64,000 bases of DNA from positions 106,456,001 through 106,520,000 of the forward strand of contig NC_086108.1 in assembly GCF_963921235.1 (NCBI RefSeq), in the 5' to 3' direction. Positions 60,110 through 64,000 of this stretch are shown here, one piece after another. The stretch's first letter is position 1. Each line of letters starts with the position of its first letter. The notes below the pieces were generated by a model that was not told the origin of the DNA, did not search any database, and was given only the letters and a program-made list of their open reading frames with translations. The translations under genes and the position numbers were made by a program. This DNA comes from Mobula hypostoma (lineage: Eukaryota).

Positions 60110-61133
60110 GCAAGTGGGGTACCGCAAGGCTCAGTGCTGGGACCCCAGTTGTTTACAATATATATTAATGACTTGGATGAGGGAATTAAATGCAGCATCT
60201 CCAAGTTTGCGGATGACACGAAGCTGGGTGGCAGTGTTAGCTGTGAGGAGGATGCTAAGAGGATGCAGGGTGACTTGGATAGGTTGGGTGAGTGGGCAAA
60301 TTCATGGCAGATGCAATTTAATGTGGATAAATGTGAAGTTATCCACTTTGGTGGCAAAAATAGGAAAACAGATTATTATCTGAATGGTGGCCGATTAGGA
60401 AAAGGGGAGGTGCAACGAGACCTGGGTGTCATTATACACCAGTCATTGAAAGTGGGCATGCAGGTACAGCAGGCGGTGAAAAAGGCGAATGGTATGCTGG
60501 CATTTATAGCAAGAGGATTCAAGTACAGGAGCAGGGAGGTACTACTGCAGTTGTACAAGGCCTTGGTGAGACCACACCTGGAGTATTGTGCGCAGTTTTG
60601 GTCCCCTAATCTGAGGAAAGACATCCTTGCCATAGAGGGAGTACAAAGAAGGTTCACCAGATTGATTCCTGGGATGGCAGGACTTTCATATGAAGAAAGA
60701 CTGGATGAACTGGGCTTGTACTCGTTGGAATTTAGAAGATTGAGGGGGGATCTGATTGAAACGTATAAGATCCTAAAGGGATTGGACAGGCTAGATGCAG
60801 GAAGATTGTTCCCGATGTTGGGGAAGTCCAGAACGAGGGGCCACAGTTTGAGGATAGAGGGGAAGCCCTTTAGGACCGAGATTAGGAAAAACTTCTTCAC
60901 ACGGAGAGTGGTGAATCTGTGGAATTCTCTGCCACAGGAAACAGTTGAGGCCAGTTCATTAGCTATATTTAAGAGGGAGTTAGATATGGCCCTTGTGGCT
61001 ATGGGGTCAGGGGGTATGGAGGGAAGGCTGGGGCGGGGTTCTGAGTTGGATGATCAGCCATGATCATAATAAATGGCGGTGCAGGCTCGAAGGGCCGAAT
61101 GGCCTACTCCTGCACCTATTTTCTATGTTTCTA
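60110..61133 (+). mobile_element. CR1 LINE, 5'-truncated, young (open frame through the RT C-terminus)
   Basis: [36 protein letters not shown]; (TTTCTATG)n tail. Confidence 0.97.
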
Positions 61134-61219
61134 TTAAGATGGTGGTGACCCGCTGTTCTGTTGCATTTGTCCTTCTTTGCGGTGGATCTCATGGATGTGG
61201 AAGGTACTAACAGAATATT

Positions 61220-61590
61220 CTTGATCATTGGGTATTGAATATTGAAAGCCCTTGATGGAGTGGACGTGAAGAGGGTGTTTCCTATAGTGGTTGAGTCTAG
61301 GAGCAGAGGACACAGCTTCAGAATAGAGGGACATCCATTCAGGACAGTGATGAGGAGGAATTTCTTCAACCAGGAAGGAGAGAATCTGTTGATTTCATTG
61401 CCACAAAGGCTATGGAGGCCAAGTCATTGGATTTATTTAACGTAGAGTTTGATAGGTTCTTGTTTAGTAATGGTGTTAAAGGTTATGAGAAGAAGGCAGG
61501 AGAATGGGGTTGAGAGGGAAAATAAATCAGCCATGATGGAGTGGCGTAGCAAAGCTGATGGGCGGAATGGTCTACCTCTGCTCCAGTTTC
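61220..61590 (+). mobile_element. CR1 3' fragment, older subfamily
   Basis: SRGHSFRIEGHPFRTVMRRNFF. Confidence 0.85.
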
Positions 61591-61899
61591 TGAGGGTATG
61601 TCAGTGGTAGAGGGGTGCATGTATAGGATGGTGAATGACTTATATTGAATAATTTGAGTAATCTGCCGGTTTTATTGTGAAAAGCACCATGACCTGGGGA
61701 GAGAACCCAAAAGAACCCACTCAGTCACATACAGACAGGGGAGGTGGTTATTACACACTCCGATTACAGTCAGGGTGATCCATAAACACTCATGCGAATA
61801 ACCTTAGCTAAAATGTAAGAATAAATGAACTTGAGCATCCCATTATAATCCCACTAAAGCACTTTAAAACAAGAACAATAAATAGCACTGGCCACGAGC

Positions 61900-63175
61900 A
61901 GTGCTGTTGACCAAGACCACCACCTCCATCTCCATCCCCCACCCCCCTGCTGGAGCACCACACTGCCCCCATTGTTGTACAGTCACCGGTAACCGCAGCC
62001 AGCTGGACCACCATTCCTGTCTACCCAGATGGGGATGGCTGGTCCATGATGGTAATGGTTGACCCCATGTCCACCAACGCATAGCATCTGATATCTTCCA
62101 CCATGTAGTCCACACCTAAGCCTTGCTCTTCACCGAAACGGCCCATCCAGAGGCGCAACAATGGAGGGATTCTGCTGGAAGTCTTGGGTCGTGCTGCCTG
62201 CTCAGCATTTCTCAATGTCTGTGCTGGGCTCTGGCATGGTGTTGGTGTATGGCCTGCCTCGCCACACCAGTAGCAGAGATCGCTCTGTGGCACGCAAAGG
62301 GACCAGCACTACCCTGGTCAGACCTGGCTCATGGGCTCCTTCTAATCAGTTTCCTCCTTTGCCGCAGTGACACAAGGCTGGGCTCGTGGTGTGTGTGGGG
62401 CAACACTGGATCACCTTGCGGGGGGGTGGGGTCTACAATTGCTTCTGCCCTCTCCACCACTGCCAGCGATGATGGTGATGTCAGGCCCAGGAAGAGTTTG
62501 CCTTTCAATGTCAATACCTTTGCAAAGCCATGGAGGGCAAACTCTTTCTCGGCTGAGGGAGAGATCTGGGGGGCTAGCCATGCCAAGCACAGTGGCAGAG
62601 AGCTGTTGCAAATGCCGCAGACTTTCTCCCATATGGTGCCGTTTGCTGCCCGGTTCTTCCCTGATTGCCTCCTATAAATGCCTCTGCTCCAGCGCTGCTA
62701 TGAGGGCCCCGTGGTTACGCTGCTCAGCCGGCGTTAGATCGAGGAGGGCCCACAAGACTCACCCACCAGCGCCAGGATAATGCGCACCGCTGTGTCGGTG
62801 GGGTTCCACCCGTTGTTCCATGTGGCAAGTTTGATTTGCGCAGGTAAGGCTACAGGCAGCTGGGGCCGTTGTATCTGGGGAGCTTCAGGGTGGACCTTCT
62901 GGTGTGAATTGGTGAGGCCCTTTGTTCTGCCACGTTGCCCATCCTCCCATGGGGGCAACATCTTGGGTTTCCTGGGTGCGGGCCACAAGGGAGGCGGGCG
63001 ATGCGTGTCGCCTGGGTTGGGGAGCCAGGGTATGCTTGCCTCATCAGGGTTGCTTGGGAAGGCATGAAGCTCAGTTCCCAGGTCCTCCCTCCAGGTCAGC
63101 TTCCCAGGTTAGGGAGCCCGGCCCAAGGGTGCAGGGGAGGCATACTGCTCAGTCCCTCAGCTTATTCCTCAAGTC
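61900..63175 (-). mobile_element. Gypsy-type gag-protease remnant
   Basis: CCHC knuckle CYWCGEAGHTPTPC (62234-62275) followed by aspartic-protease-like CYALVDMGSTITI; upstream LATWNNGWNPTDTAVRIILAL; GC-rich. Confidence 0.75.
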
Positions 63176-63177
63176 TT

Positions 63178-64000
63178 ATAGAAACATAGAAACATAGAAA
63201 CATAGAAAATAGGTGCAGGAGTAGGCCATTCGGCCCTTCGAGCCTGCACCGCCATTTATTATGATCATGGCTGATCATCCAACTCAGAACCCCGCCCCAG
63301 CCTTCCCTCCGTGCCCCCTGACCCCCGTAGCCACAAGGGCCATATCTAACTCCCTCTTAAATATAGCCAATGAACTGGCCTCAACTGTTTCCTGTGGCAG
63401 AGAATTCCACAGATTCACCACTCTCTGTGTGAAGAAGTTTTTCCTAATCTCGTTCCTAAAAGGCTTCCCCTCTATCCTCAAACTGTGACCCCTCGTTCTG
63501 GACTTCCCCAACATCGGGAACAATCTTCCTGCATCTAGCCTGTCCAATCCCTTTAGGATCTTATACGTTTCAATCAGATCCCCCCTCAATCTTCTAAATT
63601 CAAACGAGTACAAGCCCAATTCATCCAGTCTTTCTTCATATGAAAGTCCTGCCATCCCAGGAATCAATCTGGTGAACCTTCTTTGTACTCCCTCTATGGC
63701 AAAGATGTCTTTCCTCAGATTAGGGGACCAAAACTGCACACAATACTCCAGGTGTGGTCTCACCAAGGCCTTGTACAACTGCAGTAGTACCTCCCTGCTC
63801 CTGTACTCGAATCCTCTCGTTATAAATGCCAGCATACCATTCGCCTTTTTCACCGCCTGCTGTACCTGCATGCCCACTTTCAATGACTGGTGTATAATGA
63901 CACCCAGGTCTCGTTGCACCTCCCCTTTTCCTAATCAGCCACCATTCAGATAATAATCTGTTTTCCTATTTTTGCCACCAAAGTGGATAACTTCACATTT
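63178..64000 (-). mobile_element. CR1 LINE 3' part, runs off the window
   Basis: ORF 63284-63919 near-identical to the 60110-61133 copy. Confidence 0.97.

Noticed and set aside
59921..61063. 380-aa ORF as a domesticated or chimeric gene
   Set aside because: The N-terminus is chance read-through of a SINE tail and flank into a 5'-truncated CR1; non-ATG start
61670..61900. LTR belonging to the gag-protease remnant
   Set aside because: No clear TG...CA pair, PPT or TSD could be identified

Overview
Repeat-dense, non-coding vertebrate genomic DNA. The element repertoire (CR1 LINEs with SGNH-esterase ORF1, Rex1/Babar LINEs, tRNA-derived V-SINEs, Penelope-like elements, RTE-derived non-autonomous elements, Tc1 and PIF/Harbinger DNA transposons, Gypsy LTR remnants) suggests a cartilaginous fish, probably a ray; this taxon call is inference. 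I found no convincing host protein-coding exon, so the window is probably intronic or intergenic. Nearly all long ORFs are transposon fragments or microsatellite artefacts. The most notable structure is a young Penelope insertion (56449-57556, 14-bp TSD) that forms a ~445-bp-arm inverted repeat. Each arm carries an intact minimal hammerhead-ribozyme core, and about ten decayed copies of the same motif, some inside tiny hairpin elements, are scattered across the window. Other highlights: several multi-layer nested insertions with readable TSDs, two solo LTRs, a three-TIR Tc1 derivative, a 27-bp minisatellite grown inside a SINE, a 2-kb (TG)n array seeded from a Penelope terminus, an inverted pair of near-identical CR1 copies, and an unexplained diverged ~190-bp direct duplication. 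All family assignments were made by eye from motifs, without database searches. Boundaries of old copies are approximate.
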